Assembly (NCBI GenBank): GCA_965219415.1
Contig: CBDCNP010000001.1
Coordinates: 128,001-192,000 of the forward strand
DNA from: Candidatus Marinacidobacterales bacterium
GTDB taxonomy: Bacteria; Acidobacteriota; Vicinamibacteria; Marinacidobacterales; DATDRI01
DNA: 64,000 nt
Reading direction: 5' to 3'
Below the pieces are notes generated by a model. It saw only the letters and a program-made list of their open reading frames with translations. It was not told where the DNA came from and made no database searches. Both the position numbers and the translations under genes were made by a program. Positions 1-10,077 of this stretch are shown in pieces; position 1 is the first letter of the stretch, and each line of letters starts with the position of its first letter.

Positions 1-153
1 TTACCTGAGCCCCGTTCGTTTCTGGATCTCCTCGAACTTTGGGTCTCCTTTCAGGGATTCCCCTACCGGGGTCCAACGGAGAAAGAGAAACTCGCCGGCG
101 CGCTCGGCATCGGCTTTCTGGAGCCACTCGTAAAGCTTATCGCGCTCGACCGG
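1..153 (-). pseudogene. C-terminal remnant of a TPR-tail protein (kinase/adenylate-cyclase-associated type)
   Basis: Manual translation gives PVERDKLYEWLQKADAERAGEFLFLRWTPVGNPLKGDPKFEEIQKRTGLR*. This resembles the 'EWL.KA..ER...L.GDP.F' tail of such proteins. No start codon before the upstream gene's stop. Confidence 0.5.
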
Positions 154-168
154 GTAGTCGCGTTACTC

Positions 169-1323
169 TTAAGTGTCCTTCGGGAAGCTCCCGACGGGAA
201 AGGCCTTGACGTCACCGTTGGCGTGCGAGAACTCGAACTGGTTCTGGTAGAACTTCGGGTTCTTGCGCGTCCGCAGCTCCATCTCTATGACCTCGCCCGG
301 CATGAACTGCTTTTGGTGCGTTCGCGAACCACTTCTCACCGCGTTGCCCTGCTCGTCGTACCAGTGCTCCGTCACCATAAACCGCGTTATCCAGTCCTTC
401 GACACATTGCGCACCCGGATGGTGGTGATCACCTCGTCGCCTTCGACCTTTGTCTCGGGGGTGAGAATCTGAACTCTAGCGAGGCCGCGTAACTCTCGAG
501 GCCGGTACGTTGGCTCGTTCCGGGCAGGCTGCTTGCTCTCGGCGGCGCCTTGGTTGTCGGCAACCTTCGAGGGCCCGGTGGCGTCTGCCGATTCTGAGGA
601 TGGTTCACTCGCCTTGGCAGGCGCGGATGCCGCGGCCCGAGCCTCCGGGGTTGTCCCCTCGATGTCGAGGATGACCCAACGCGCGGGCTCGATGCGATCG
701 CTCTCCGGCTCAGAGAGTTTGTACTTTCGAAGCACAACCCTATAGGGCAGCTCGTCGCCATCCCGGGGTTTGAGGCGGAGCAGCATTTCCGTCACCGCGA
801 CGTCTCCGTCTAGGTTCTCGACGTTCACCTGGCGCATCACCGACTTGGTGGCGAGTCCGGTTTCACTACGTACGGCCCGTTTGAGCTCTTGAAATGTGCC
901 TTCCTTCTCTCTGCGCTCCTCAACCAGCCTCAACCACTCCTCTTGAATCTCACCCATCTTTCCACGGAACTTGTAATCTGAACCCTCTCGCAGCTTCGAG
1001 ATGATCCGTTCGAGAGCATCCGGCTGGTCGCTGGCATACTTTTGGCCTGCCTCCACCGCGGCGTCTCGTTCCTTCGTGGCGGCCTCAAACCGGTCGAGGA
1101 GCTCCGGCAACGCGAAAGGCTCCGTTGATCGGGAGCTAACCTCGACCACCTTCCACGACTCTACCTCCACGGGAGGGCCGACGGCCGACATGGAAGCAAG
1201 CGTTGTAGGGTCGTTGGTCCGGGCGGCACGGAAGAATTGGTCTATGGTCGATTGCTCCGGACTGCCGCAGGCCCAGAGGCACGCAAGGGTCGCACTCGCG
1301 ATCCATTTCTTGAGTTTCGTCAT
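169..1323 (-). CDS. Putative lipoprotein with coiled-coil insert and C-terminal Ig-like (FxLYD-like) domain
   Basis: Likely start MTKLKK after an AGGAGG RBS. Lipobox LWAC-G. C-terminal 'EHWYDEQG' beta-rich domain. Confidence 0.7.
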   Translation of the reverse strand: MTKLKKWIASATLACLWACGSPEQSTIDQFFRAARTNDPTTLASMSAVGPPVEVESWKVVEVSSRSTEPFALPELLDRFEAATKERDAAVEAGQKYASDQPDALERIISKLREGSDYKFRGKMGEIQEEWLRLVEERREKEGTFQELKRAVRSETGLATKSVMRQVNVENLDGDVAVTEMLLRLKPRDGDELPYRVVLRKYKLSEPESDRIEPARWVILDIEGTTPEARAAASAPAKASEPSSESADATGPSKVADNQGAAESKQPARNEPTYRPRELRGLARVQILTPETKVEGDEVITTIRVRNVSKDWITRFMVTEHWYDEQGNAVRSGSRTHQKQFMPGEVIEMELRTRKNPKFYQNQFEFSHANGDVKAFPVGSFPKDT

Positions 1324-1533
1324 CTGATCCTCCTTTCGGAAACAGACAAACTCCGCACTTCGTGCGGGCACATTATCGTCGATGAAATCCGGCGGGTGCT
1401 GTGGGGCTCCTGGGGAGAACTCGCAGGAAGCTCCCGAGAAACAGGCGCAGCCCGAGCCAGCCTTTCCACCTGCTGACGACGTTCGGTGGCCATGGGAAAG
1501 CCTCCGACTGGTTTATGCTGGCCCAGTCAGAGG

Positions 1534-1637
1534 GAAAATAGCCCCGCACGGGCTGAAAAGTCAAAGGGGTCTCTGTCTTCAGACTGTCCGTGTTTTGTCC
1601 GTGAACATGGAACTAAACCCGACAAAGCTGAACAAAC
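1534..1637 (-). repeat. Dispersed ~105-bp repeat, copy 1, containing TTGACT-N18-TATTTT promoter motif
   Basis: Aligns by eye with 12700-12804 and, in its promoter part, with 18423-18456. Contains the tandem TGTCCGTG-TT-TTGTCCGTG motif. Confidence 0.8.
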
Positions 1638-1707
1638 AAAAAGCGGGAAAAGGCCTTAATTTGTTGGGATTCTTTGTTGGTGTTTGTTCCCTTTGGCAGC
1701 TTGGAAT

Positions 1708-1797
1708 GGGCCCATAACCCAAAGGTCGCAGGTTCCCGCCTTCGCTCCAACGTAGCAACATTCGGAGCTACGGCGGGCAGGCAAATCCTGCCCCCGC
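1708..1797 (+). pseudogene. tRNA-fMet 3' half (att-like), interrupted in the T-loop by a palindromic REP-like insert
   Basis: GGGCCCATAACCCAAAGGTCGCAGGTTC [47-nt insert 1736-1782] AAATCCTGCCCCCGC matches the anticodon(CAT)-to-acceptor part of initiator tRNA. The 5' half is absent. Confidence 0.8.
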
Positions 1798-2160
1798 CCT
1801 ACAAACGCCTGGAACCTGTTTTTGCATCCTTCTTGTTTCTTGGAAAGGCACGTTGGGCTACCCACCCAAAGAAATATCTCAGCAAGAGACTCGCGTGGAT
1901 GTGTCCCCCCTCGGCGTCGCTGCCCGGATCTGCCCCGAAACGGACCAAGAACGCCCTGCTCAGAAGGCCGTGAAACCGAGCCAGCCACCCCGAGCGATGA
2001 GCAGCAAGCCCGTTACTCTTCCGACCGCGACGCCAGCGAGCATCACCTTCTCCATGAGAACGAACAACGCCAGGCCAACTATCCAAATTAGGTTCATTGC
2101 GCCCCCATAGAACAGGAGTGAAGTGACCCCGCTTTCGTGGACAGGTTAAGAGTTAGGGAT

Positions 2161-3012
2161 TCAAGCGTCGCGATAGTACCTCCTTTCGAATTGGATAGGC
2201 GAGCAATAGTCGATGGCGGAGTGTCGTCGTCGCGGGTTGTACCAGCCTTCGATGAAATCGAAGGTCGCCATGCGCGCCTCAGCGTGGTAGCGAAACGACC
2301 GGCGCTCGATCAGCTCGCACTCGAGCGTCGCGAAGAAGCTCTCGCACATCGCATTGTCGTAACAGTCCCCGACTGAACCCATCGACGGTCGCACCCCGGC
2401 CTCCCGGCATCGCTGGCCGAACGCTAGTGACGTGTACTGCGTGCCCTGGTCCGAGTGATGGATGACGTCGCCGGGCTTGCGTTGGAACAGCGCCATGTCG
2501 AGGGCGCTCAAGACGAGCGACGTCCGCAGGTGGGTAGCCATTGCCCATCCGACGATGCGTCGGCTGAAGGCGTCCAGCACGACGGCGAGGAACAAGAAGC
2601 CCGACCACGTGGGCACGTAGGTGATATCGGCGACCCACAGGCGGTCGGGCCGGTCCACCTCGAAATTCCTGTCGACGAGATCGGGGGCGGGACGGGCGTC
2701 GTCACAGCGAATCGTAGTGTGCGCCCTCTTGCGCCGGTGAACACCTTGAATGCCAGCCTCGCGCATTAGCCGCGCTACACGCTTGCGTGAGACGTGGAGC
2801 TCGTGTGTCTCTCGTAGCTCGTGGAGAATCCTCGGCGCGCCGTACGTGCTCCGCGACGCGGTGTGAATCGCCCGGATCTTCTCAAGCAACTCCGCATCCG
2901 ACACCGCGCGGGCCGACGGGGCACGCTCAAGCCACGCATAGTAGCCGCTGGCGGAGACGTCCAGCAGTCGGCACATCGTGGCAACCGGTAGTGAATCCTG
3001 GTTCGCCCTCAC
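2161..3012 (-). CDS. IS3-family transposase OrfB (integrase core)
   Basis: WVADITY, HHSDQGTQYTS and YDNAMCESFFATLE motifs. Confidence 0.95.
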   Translation of the reverse strand: MRANQDSLPVATMCRLLDVSASGYYAWLERAPSARAVSDAELLEKIRAIHTASRSTYGAPRILHELRETHELHVSRKRVARLMREAGIQGVHRRKRAHTTIRCDDARPAPDLVDRNFEVDRPDRLWVADITYVPTWSGFLFLAVVLDAFSRRIVGWAMATHLRTSLVLSALDMALFQRKPGDVIHHSDQGTQYTSLAFGQRCREAGVRPSMGSVGDCYDNAMCESFFATLECELIERRSFRYHAEARMATFDFIEGWYNPRRRHSAIDYCSPIQFERRYYRDA

Positions 3013-3323
3013 GAATCGGAAGGCTTCGGTGGTACCGACTCGGTCTCCCGAGCGAACCAGGCCGCGGCTTTTGAGAGGATCTCCCGCTCCAACCGTAGTT
3101 GACGGTTCTCCCGTCGCAGGCGGCGGAGCTCCGCACGCTCCTCACTCGTCAGACCGTCCTGCCTGCGACCCTCGTCGAGATCCGCCTGGTTCACCCAGTT
3201 CCGGATCGTCTGGCCCGAGGGCTCAAACTCTCGCGCCAGCTCTTCGGAGCCGCGGCCAGCTCGCACCAGCTCTACCATTTGGCGCCGGAATTCGGCCGCG
3301 TATCTGTTTCCCTGCTTTGACAT
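3009..3323 (-). CDS. IS3-family transposase OrfA (HTH)
   Basis: Y..EFR...V.L HTH followed by EL.RLRREN..L..EREIL.KAAAWFA. Confidence 0.95.
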   Translation of the reverse strand: MSKQGNRYAAEFRRQMVELVRAGRGSEELAREFEPSGQTIRNWVNQADLDEGRRQDGLTSEERAELRRLRRENRQLRLEREILSKAAAWFARETESVPPKPSDS

Positions 3324-3579
3324 CGTGGACTCCTGTCTCCCAAAGGATTAGGTGTCCACGAAAGCGGGTCAAGTCCAGGAGGGCCATTAGAAACCAACAA
3401 CACCCGAGACAGAACACACCATGCTCGATGCCCATCCTGAATGCCCCCCCGACCCCGGGCCACCAATGCGTAGACAGAAAGCTAATCGGGGACCTGCAAT
3501 GGCGCAGGCATACTGTTTTTAGTGGGGTTAGTTGCCAGACACCGGCGGCTAGCAACAAACCCGAACCCAAGAGGTTGCT

Positions 3580-5014
3580 GAAAGTGTGCCAATCTTAGTT
3601 GGGAATCGAAACGGCTCCAAACCCCGTGGTTTGATGGCGTTGGACAAAACAAAATCAAGCCGCGAAGAAAGGAGCCGAGATGGGAAGTCTGCTACGTTCG
3701 GTCAAGAAACGCAAGAAGTCGCGTCGTTTGGGTGAGGTCGAGATGGTGAGGCACGAGGATTACGGGGAACTCGTGCTGGACGCCAAGGTAGAGATGATCC
3801 GTTGGTTGGTCCCCCTTGGTCTAATGCACGTTCACGAGTTGCTCGACGACGAAGTGAAGGCGTTGGCGGGAGAGCGATACTCTCGCAAGGACGAGCTGGA
3901 GCGCGGTCGCCGTCCCGGAAGCAACCCGGGCACGGTAGGGCTTGGCGGCCAGCGGGTACCGATCCGTGTGCCACGGGTTCGGAGCATCGAGGGAGGAGAG
4001 ATTCCGCTTCGCTGCTACGAGGCGGTGAGCCACGGCGGTGAGGTGAATGATCTTCTGCTGAAACGAGTTCTCTACGGAATCTCTTGTCGCAACTACGAGG
4101 CGGCAGCGGAAGCGATTCCGGGCGCCATCGGACTGTCGAGCTCAACGGTGTCCCGAGGGTTCGTGCAAGCGAGCGCTGCGAAGCTGCGGGAGATGCAGGA
4201 ACGGGATCTGACCGGCGAGGATGTGGTGGCGCTGTTTCTGGATGGGAAGACATTCGCCGAGGCAACGATGGTCGTGGCTCTGGGCATCACGCTTTGCGGG
4301 GAAAAACGCTTCTTGGGCTTCGTGGAGACGGACACGGAGAACGCGCAGGTGTTGACGCCGTTCCTGCGTTCACTGCTCGAGCGGGGACTCGATATCTCCC
4401 AGGGTCTGCTGGTGATCATCGACGGCGGCAAGGGTCTCCAAGCGGCAGTCAAGAAGGCATTCCGTAAGCGGGCCCTGATACAACGCTGCCAGTGGCACAA
4501 ACGTGAAAACGTAGTGAGCTACCTGTCCAAGGGCGAGCAGGCGTCATGGCGCAAGCGGCTCCAGTGGGCCTACAACAGGCCGGAGTACGAAGAGGCCCTC
4601 ACTGCGCTCGAGCAACTCCACGGTGAGTTAGAAGAGCGGAACCAATCCGCAGCTGGCAGCCTGGAGGAAGGCCTCGAGGAGACGCTGACGTTGCATCGAC
4701 TCGGCGTGCACGCGGTGCTGGGCCGTTCGTTCAAGACGACGAACTGCCTTGAGTCCGTCAATGCTCTCGTCGAGGAACGCTGCGCGAAGGTCGACCACTG
4801 GAAGAACTCGAGCCAACGCCAGCGCTGGTTGGCAACGGCGCTCGTAGACATCGAACCGCGCTTGAGGAAGGTGGTGGGCTACCGCCATCTTCCCAAGCTT
4901 CGCGAAGCTCTCAAGCGGGAACTGAAGATCGAGGCGGAGACATCAACCGTATCGAAGAAGAAGGTCGCTTAAACGTGAGCCGTGGAGAGTTTCAACTAAG
5001 AATGGGCTTGACTC
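3580..5014 (+). mobile_element. IS256-family insertion sequence
   Basis: 8-bp TSD AGGTTGCT at 3572-3579 and 5015-5022. Imperfect IRs sharing TCTTAGTTG. Single transposase ORF. Confidence 0.9.
3680..4972 (+). CDS. IS256-family (Mutator-like) transposase
   Basis: FLDG, IIDGGKGL, QRCQWHK and TTNCLES motifs. Confidence 0.92.
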   Translation: MGSLLRSVKKRKKSRRLGEVEMVRHEDYGELVLDAKVEMIRWLVPLGLMHVHELLDDEVKALAGERYSRKDELERGRRPGSNPGTVGLGGQRVPIRVPRVRSIEGGEIPLRCYEAVSHGGEVNDLLLKRVLYGISCRNYEAAAEAIPGAIGLSSSTVSRGFVQASAAKLREMQERDLTGEDVVALFLDGKTFAEATMVVALGITLCGEKRFLGFVETDTENAQVLTPFLRSLLERGLDISQGLLVIIDGGKGLQAAVKKAFRKRALIQRCQWHKRENVVSYLSKGEQASWRKRLQWAYNRPEYEEALTALEQLHGELEERNQSAAGSLEEGLEETLTLHRLGVHAVLGRSFKTTNCLESVNALVEERCAKVDHWKNSSQRQRWLATALVDIEPRLRKVVGYRHLPKLREALKRELKIEAETSTVSKKKVA

Positions 5015-5491
5015 AGGTTGCTTGTCGACATCATCATGGTGGATAGAAGTTCTTCGCGCTCGAGCCCCCATTGCGCAACTACCGCAACCAGACTGAACGC
5101 TCCCCACATAGCCAAATAGCCGGCGATGAACGCTGTCGTGGTCGAATGAAGTCGGTGTGGACCGGAGGTTGGCCCCGCGTTTTCACCACGCTCCAGTCCC
5201 TTTCGGGTTACCGCAGCGTGCAAAAGCACCATAGGCGCTGCGCTCGGCAGCATCATTGCAATCATCATGAGCCACCACATCGAAAACATGACAAGCGCAT
5301 AGCCGGGCGTCCACGTGACCGGTGACATCAACGTGTCTTCGGTGCGCGAGCGCCCGATCGACGCCGTCATCGTCTCGTGGCCGGGCATGCTGGCCATGCT
5401 CGGTATCGATGGGTCCATACTCATTTGGGACGGAATAAGTACGGCCATCTCGTGGGGATACATGCCGGTGCCCGCCCCGGCTAAGAGATAC

Positions 5492-6859
5492 GGATGTGTC
5501 CCGAGGTCCGTGGAAAAAGAACGGTGCCCTCCACTCCGTCATCAGAGTATCATATCAGGCGGTAACCTCCGCGTGTTCGAGAACCTCGCTCAGACGTTGG
5601 TAGCCGTCGATGCGTCGTAGTTGAATCTGGCCAGAGGCGATAAGCCCAAACAGCAAAGCGACCGCAGACTCCTCGCTGGAGAACGACGCTTGGGTTTTCG
5701 TCCGGCGTCGAAACTCGCGGTTGAGATTCTCCAGAGCTTTGGTCGTTCGAATCGATTTCCACATGGCACGAGGGAATTCGTAGAAGGTCAGCCCAGCTGA
5801 TTACCGGCCTCCTCTAGGCTTCGGACGACGGCCGGCGCGAGAGGCGTCCACTTGGCGACGAGCTCGTCATAGGCTTTGCGAGCATCGAACCCGTTCTTGG
5901 CGTAGACGATCCGGTTGTAGTCACGCCGGAGCTCACGGCGTGCGTGCGCCGGGCAATGTTGGAGCAAGTTGGCGCGCTTGTGCTCGGTACATCGCTGCAA
6001 CCGGCACCCCGGCCACTTCTCCAGCGCTTTCGTCAGCCCCTTGTGGCCGTCGCTGATCACTAGCTTGGGAGCCCGGAGTCCTCGAGCCTGGAGTCCCTCC
6101 AGCACGGAGCCCCAATGCGTCGAGGCTTCGCTCACCGCCAGACGCAATGACAACAGACGTTTGTGCCCGTCTGGCGCGACCCCGAGCGCGGCCAGTACGG
6201 GTACGCTGATCACACGTTTCGCCATCCGCACTTTCAGGTGGAAGCCGTCCAGGTAAACGATCGCGTAGACCTCCTCGCTGAGAGCACGGTTCTGCCATTC
6301 CTCGAAGCGCTCCTTCAGCCGGCTAACCACGCGAGACACCGCGCTCTTCGATAGGTGCTCCTCACCGAGCAGTGGTTTCAGCGCTTTGCGGACCCGGCGG
6401 CTATTCGCGCCCGACAAGTACGTCCCCAAGAGCGCCTCGTCGACCTCACGAGTCCGGCGCGCGTACCGGGGCAACAGCTCGCTCCTGAACTCTATCGTTT
6501 CTCCCGTTTCCTCGTCTCGCACGCGGGCTCGTGGCACCCGGAGCTCGCGAGTTCCCACCGACGTCGTCACGCGACGGGTTTCGGCTCCGTTGCGATATCC
6601 ACGGCGGTCTTCCGCACGCTCGTAGCTACAACACCCCAGCGCTTGGTCGACTTCTTCCTCGAGCACAACCTCGATCGCCTCCAGTACCCGCATACGCAGC
6701 CGAAGTTGGACGAACTCCCGGTACTCGCTTACAGACTCCTTCAATATGGTGGTAGGCTTCTTCATGGCGTAATCCTCCTCCTCGCCTTTCCAGGCGCGGT
6801 TTCGTTTTGCTTAACCGGAGGTTACGCCATTCTTATTTCCACGGAAGCGGGACGGATCC
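5492..6859 (-). mobile_element. IS256-family insertion sequence; transposase 5555-6765 frameshifted near 5790
   Basis: 8-bp TSD AGAGATAC at 5484-5491 and 6860-6867. IRs GGATGTGTCCCG...TCCGTGGAAA / GGATCCGTCCCG...TCCGTGGAAA. YLDG, ISDGHKGL, QRC..HK and LENLNREFRRR motifs. Confidence 0.92.
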
Positions 6860-6971
6860 AGAGATACAGCCAACATGTTGTAATGACAGTCACGAGAACG
6901 CACGTCACTACTTGCCGGTCTCGACGAAGGACCGCCTCAAGCACGTTAGAAGAATTCACGGGAGCGCGGAC

Positions 6972-7640
6972 TCATGCGCCAAGCCATGCTGTGAGCCTTG
7001 ATCTTTCGCGGACCAAGCCATCCTGATTGAAGTGGTGAACACAATAATGCGCCCATGAATCTTCGAACGCCATCTCCATATCACCCGTCACCGAGGTCGT
7101 GCCTAGTCCGATCTCTGCGTAGGTAAACTCGAAACTGCCACTAGGGCGTGCCAACGCAATGTGGAACGGTTGACCATTAAAGTCGTTGATTATCGGTCTG
7201 CCGCTGCTTCTCATGATGCCCGGTATATCAACCCTTGCGGTTCTGAGTTCCAAGTTCGCTTCGAGACCAATCGGCAGGAACAATGTCTCGCAAAATTCCG
7301 AGCATGTGGAGGCGAATACGGAGAAAAGATTGCTCAATGGTTCGCATGCGCCGCCCGAGATAATTGTTTCAAGTGCCGCCCGTTGAGCTTCATCCGCGCG
7401 TTCTTCGATAACGATCTGGCGTTTTCCGTTTCCCTCCATGATTTCCCCAGGCCACTTATACAGCGCCGCCCAATTCAGCCCGGCGAGCGGCGTATCGTTG
7501 AAATGGCCTTCAACGATGTTGCCGACGAAGGCCGACTGACAATAGCCGTGGGTGCTCGGCAAGTTGAACTGGCAACCGCAATTCACAGCGCAATTGCAGT
7601 TATCATAAGTTTCGCTCTTGAATAGCCATTGATCAGCCAT
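6972..7640 (-). CDS. DUF1326 domain protein (Cys-rich N-terminus)
   Basis: NCNCAVNCGC...PSTHGYC, EGHF.DTPL.GL, WPG...EG and DEAQRAAL motifs. Paired with DUF2182 as usual. Confidence 0.85.
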   Translation of the reverse strand: MADQWLFKSETYDNCNCAVNCGCQFNLPSTHGYCQSAFVGNIVEGHFNDTPLAGLNWAALYKWPGEIMEGNGKRQIVIEERADEAQRAALETIISGGACEPLSNLFSVFASTCSEFCETLFLPIGLEANLELRTARVDIPGIMRSSGRPIINDFNGQPFHIALARPSGSFEFTYAEIGLGTTSVTGDMEMAFEDSWAHYCVHHFNQDGLVRERSRLTAWLGA

Positions 7641-8081
7641 GTCGCCGAGCCTCGCCTGACCGATGTCCGCAGTCTGAATTGTGTGCAAAGTGATTACTCC
7701 TCAGAAAAGTCAAAGGGGGCGACGACCACATGGATTCAACTTGCCACACTGTGCGGGAATTGTGCGGGAATGGGATGCCTCTCGTGCCAATCGGTGGCCT
7801 GTTCGTAGGCATGGCCAACGCGCAGAGCATCGCTTCGCTCAGTGGCACCAACACAGGCTTGGCCTTCGCCGGAGTGGGTAGATCGACTTTCTGGCGTCAT
7901 CGAGCGTGGGTGCCAACATCAACCTAGCCAGACGCCGGTCCGGACCTAGTTGAGGTGCCGGCGGCCGTAATGAGGAGCAAGCTTCACGTGCGTAGAGGCG
8001 CCGCTCGTCCACCTCGGCAATGTGTGCGACCAACTCCGGCTCGACGCGTCGTGATTCTTGCACCAGCCCCTATAGGCGGCG

Positions 8082-9453
8082 GAGCTCTTGTCAATAGGTG
8101 TGTAAAAAAGTTCAGGCAGCAGCAACCTTCGACGACTCCGTTACCCTGTCTCCATCTTCAAATCGAACGCCCAGGTGAACCTCTCGCATCAGCTCCGGTG
8201 CGTTGAGCCGGCGAAAATTCTTCTCCGCAACCAGAAGCAGTTTGAAGATTGTCGCAGTGGCGGACTCGACTTTCTTGAACCTTTTGGCCGCATCCGTTCT
8301 CAATCTCAGTGCAGCGAACGGTGATTCCACGACGTTGCTCGTGCGAAGGTGTTGCCAGTGAGGCTTGGGAAAGGAATAGAAGCTGACCATCCGCTCCCAG
8401 TCCTCGTCGAGCACGTGCGCGGCCCCCGGAAGACCCTTGCGCAAGCACCAATCCTGGAACTTGGCCTTCTTCGTCTCGCACTCCTGCAGGCTGGTGGGGT
8501 AGGGGATCGCCGTCAACAGCGGCTTGGCCTGCGCCTGGTCCCTTTTCGGAATCCGGTCCAGTACGTTGAGGATTCGGTGGTTCCAGCACCGCTGCTCCTC
8601 AGCTTCTGGAAATACGTTTCGGGTCGCGGCCCAGATGCCGAGATGACCGTCACCGATCACCAAACGGGGACATCTCAGACCGCGCTTCTTCAGTCTCCGT
8701 AGCAGCGACGACCATGACGCTTCGGATTCTCGATGCCCGGCCTCCAGCGTCAGGACGATTTTCGTCCCGTCGGACAGGCCACCAACCGCAACTAGCACCG
8801 CCGCCTTGTCCTTCTCAAGGCCGGCCTTCACGTACACGCCATCTACCCACAGGGACACGAGCTCGAGTTCGTCCAGTGGGCGAGCTAGCCACTGCTCGTA
8901 CTCTCCCTGCCATTTCTGTTTCAGCCGCGACACCGTGCTGGGAGAAAGTGGAGCGTCCTCCCCTAGAAGCCCGCGGAGCGCCAAATCGAAATCTCCGTGA
9001 GCTAGTCCATGCAGGTACAGCTCCGGAATCAACTCGCTCACCGTTTCGCTCCGACGCTTGAACAGCGGAAGCACTCGACTTTCGAACCTCTCCTCCACGT
9101 CCCGTACTCTCGGCCGGCGAACCGTCACCGTGCCCACGCTCATCGTCAGCTTCCGAGGCTTACCGTATCCATTTCGATAGCCCGCCGTTGTGTCCACGGG
9201 CTTCCGTCTCTCCGATTTCTCACGCCCGAGAAGCTCCGTGACTTCGGCTACCATCAGCTCCTGCACCCAATCCTGGATCTCGAGCCTCGCCCACTTCTCC
9301 AGCGACTCCCAAGCCACCCTTGACGAGCTCCGTCGTCCTGTGGTCTTTTCCTTCATGGCGGTGTCTCCTTCCGTTGGCCCCTTCACGCCGTGTTTCGTGA
9401 CGCGGAAGGTTACTCCGCCTTTACTTTATTTCCACACCTTCTGAGGGTAGCTC
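8082..9453 (-). mobile_element. IS256-family insertion sequence
   Basis: 8-bp TSD AGGCGGCG at 8074-8081 and 9454-9461. IRs GAGCTC...AGGTGTGTAAA / GAGCTA...AGGTGTGGAAA. Confidence 0.92.
8112..9356 (-). CDS. IS256-family transposase
   Basis: GYRNGY, WVDGVY, IGDGHLG, QRCWNH and RTSNVVES motifs. AAGGAG RBS before MKEK. Confidence 0.92.
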   Translation of the reverse strand: MKEKTTGRRSSSRVAWESLEKWARLEIQDWVQELMVAEVTELLGREKSERRKPVDTTAGYRNGYGKPRKLTMSVGTVTVRRPRVRDVEERFESRVLPLFKRRSETVSELIPELYLHGLAHGDFDLALRGLLGEDAPLSPSTVSRLKQKWQGEYEQWLARPLDELELVSLWVDGVYVKAGLEKDKAAVLVAVGGLSDGTKIVLTLEAGHRESEASWSSLLRRLKKRGLRCPRLVIGDGHLGIWAATRNVFPEAEEQRCWNHRILNVLDRIPKRDQAQAKPLLTAIPYPTSLQECETKKAKFQDWCLRKGLPGAAHVLDEDWERMVSFYSFPKPHWQHLRTSNVVESPFAALRLRTDAAKRFKKVESATATIFKLLLVAEKNFRRLNAPELMREVHLGVRFEDGDRVTESSKVAAA

Positions 9454-9551
9454 AGGCGGCGAAGGAGCTCATCATCTGAAATAGTCGAAATCGATTTCAA
9501 TATTCGGATGGAGTTGCCTCTAAGGATCTGACTCCAGCACCACCGCTCTGC

Positions 9552-9767
9552 TCAGCGCAGTTTCTGAAAGTCATCGAGCGACATGCCCAGCTGCCGCAGA
9601 ATCTTCTGGAATAGGGGTGGGCCGATTTCTTTGCCACCGTGGATTGGAATCGTTACAGCGCGGCCATCCGGATGATTCCACCGTTCGTGGCCACCCGTCT
9701 GGCGAGACTTGGTGAATCCTAGCTTGCTCGCTACCTTCCGGAATTCCCGGGCGGTAGCGCTAGGCAT
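9552..9767 (-). CDS. hicA: HicA-family toxin
   Basis: 71 aa. GF...RQTGGH..W.HPDGR.VTIP.H...EIG...IL motif. Confidence 0.9.
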   Translation of the reverse strand: MPSATAREFRKVASKLGFTKSRQTGGHERWNHPDGRAVTIPIHGGKEIGPPLFQKILRQLGMSLDDFQKLR

Positions 9768-9972
9768 TTACGATTTCGGTAGTATCGTCTGGGAGGGGTT
9801 GTCCCTTATCCCGGTACTCCTCTGCGATCAACTCGAACACGTGTGCCAACTCCGACAAGGCCTCTGCTCGTGTCGGCATGAGCGCATAGCAGCCAGGAAT
9901 TGCAGGAACCTCCGCCACCCAGGAGCCGTCTTCCTGCCTGTAGAGGACCGTCTTATAGTCATCGAGAGTCAT
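9760..9972 (-). CDS. hicB: Short HicB-family antitoxin (no DNA-binding domain)
   Basis: EDGSWVAEVPAIPGC...T..EAL motif. Overlaps the hicA start (hicBA order). Confidence 0.88.
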   Translation of the reverse strand: MTLDDYKTVLYRQEDGSWVAEVPAIPGCYALMPTRAEALSELAHVFELIAEEYRDKGQPLPDDTTEIVNA

Positions 9973-10032
9973 CTGTCTCTCAGCATAGCATCGCTTTCGG
10001 GCCCTCTCAAACAAGGCGCCCTTATGGCCCCC

Positions 10033-10077
10033 CCATAACCAAAAGGTCCCTGGGTTCAAATCCTGCCCCCGCCATCA
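10033..10077 (+). pseudogene. Second tRNA-fMet 3' fragment (att-like)
   Basis: CCATAACCAAAAGGTCCCTGGGTTCAAATCCTGCCCCCGCCATCA. No 5' half upstream. Confidence 0.8.

Larger units (their letters stand above)
2119..3377 (-). mobile_element. IS3-family insertion sequence (orfA 3009-3323, orfB 2161-3012)
   Basis: TG...CA ends with imperfect IRs (TGAAGTGACCCCGCTTTCGTGGACA / TGGACTTGACCCGCTTTCGTGGACA). GGAG duplication on both flanks. rve DDE motifs ADITY, HHSDQG, DNAMCESFF. Confidence 0.95.
1960..6959 (-). pseudogene. DUF2182 predicted metal-binding membrane protein, split into four pieces by three IS insertions
   Basis: Removing the IS elements and one copy of each TSD restores a continuous reading: VLRRDR...WLYL / LAGAGTGM...MMIAMMLPSAAPM / LTPLKTVCLRHCRSP...GCCWFLMALL / FYGGAMNLIWI...EK. 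Lies directly downstream of DUF1326. Confidence 0.85.
7965..9505 (-). pseudogene. N-terminal remnant of a DUF222/HNH-type protein interrupted by IS256
   Basis: Joined across the TSD it reads SDDELLRRL*GLVQESRRVEPELVAHIAEVDERRLYAREACSS. Contains an internal stop and is truncated. Confidence 0.6.

Noticed and set aside
1708-1797. Functional or intron-containing tRNA-Met
   Set aside because: The acceptor 5' strand and D-arm are absent. The insert is a short palindrome, not a group I intron.
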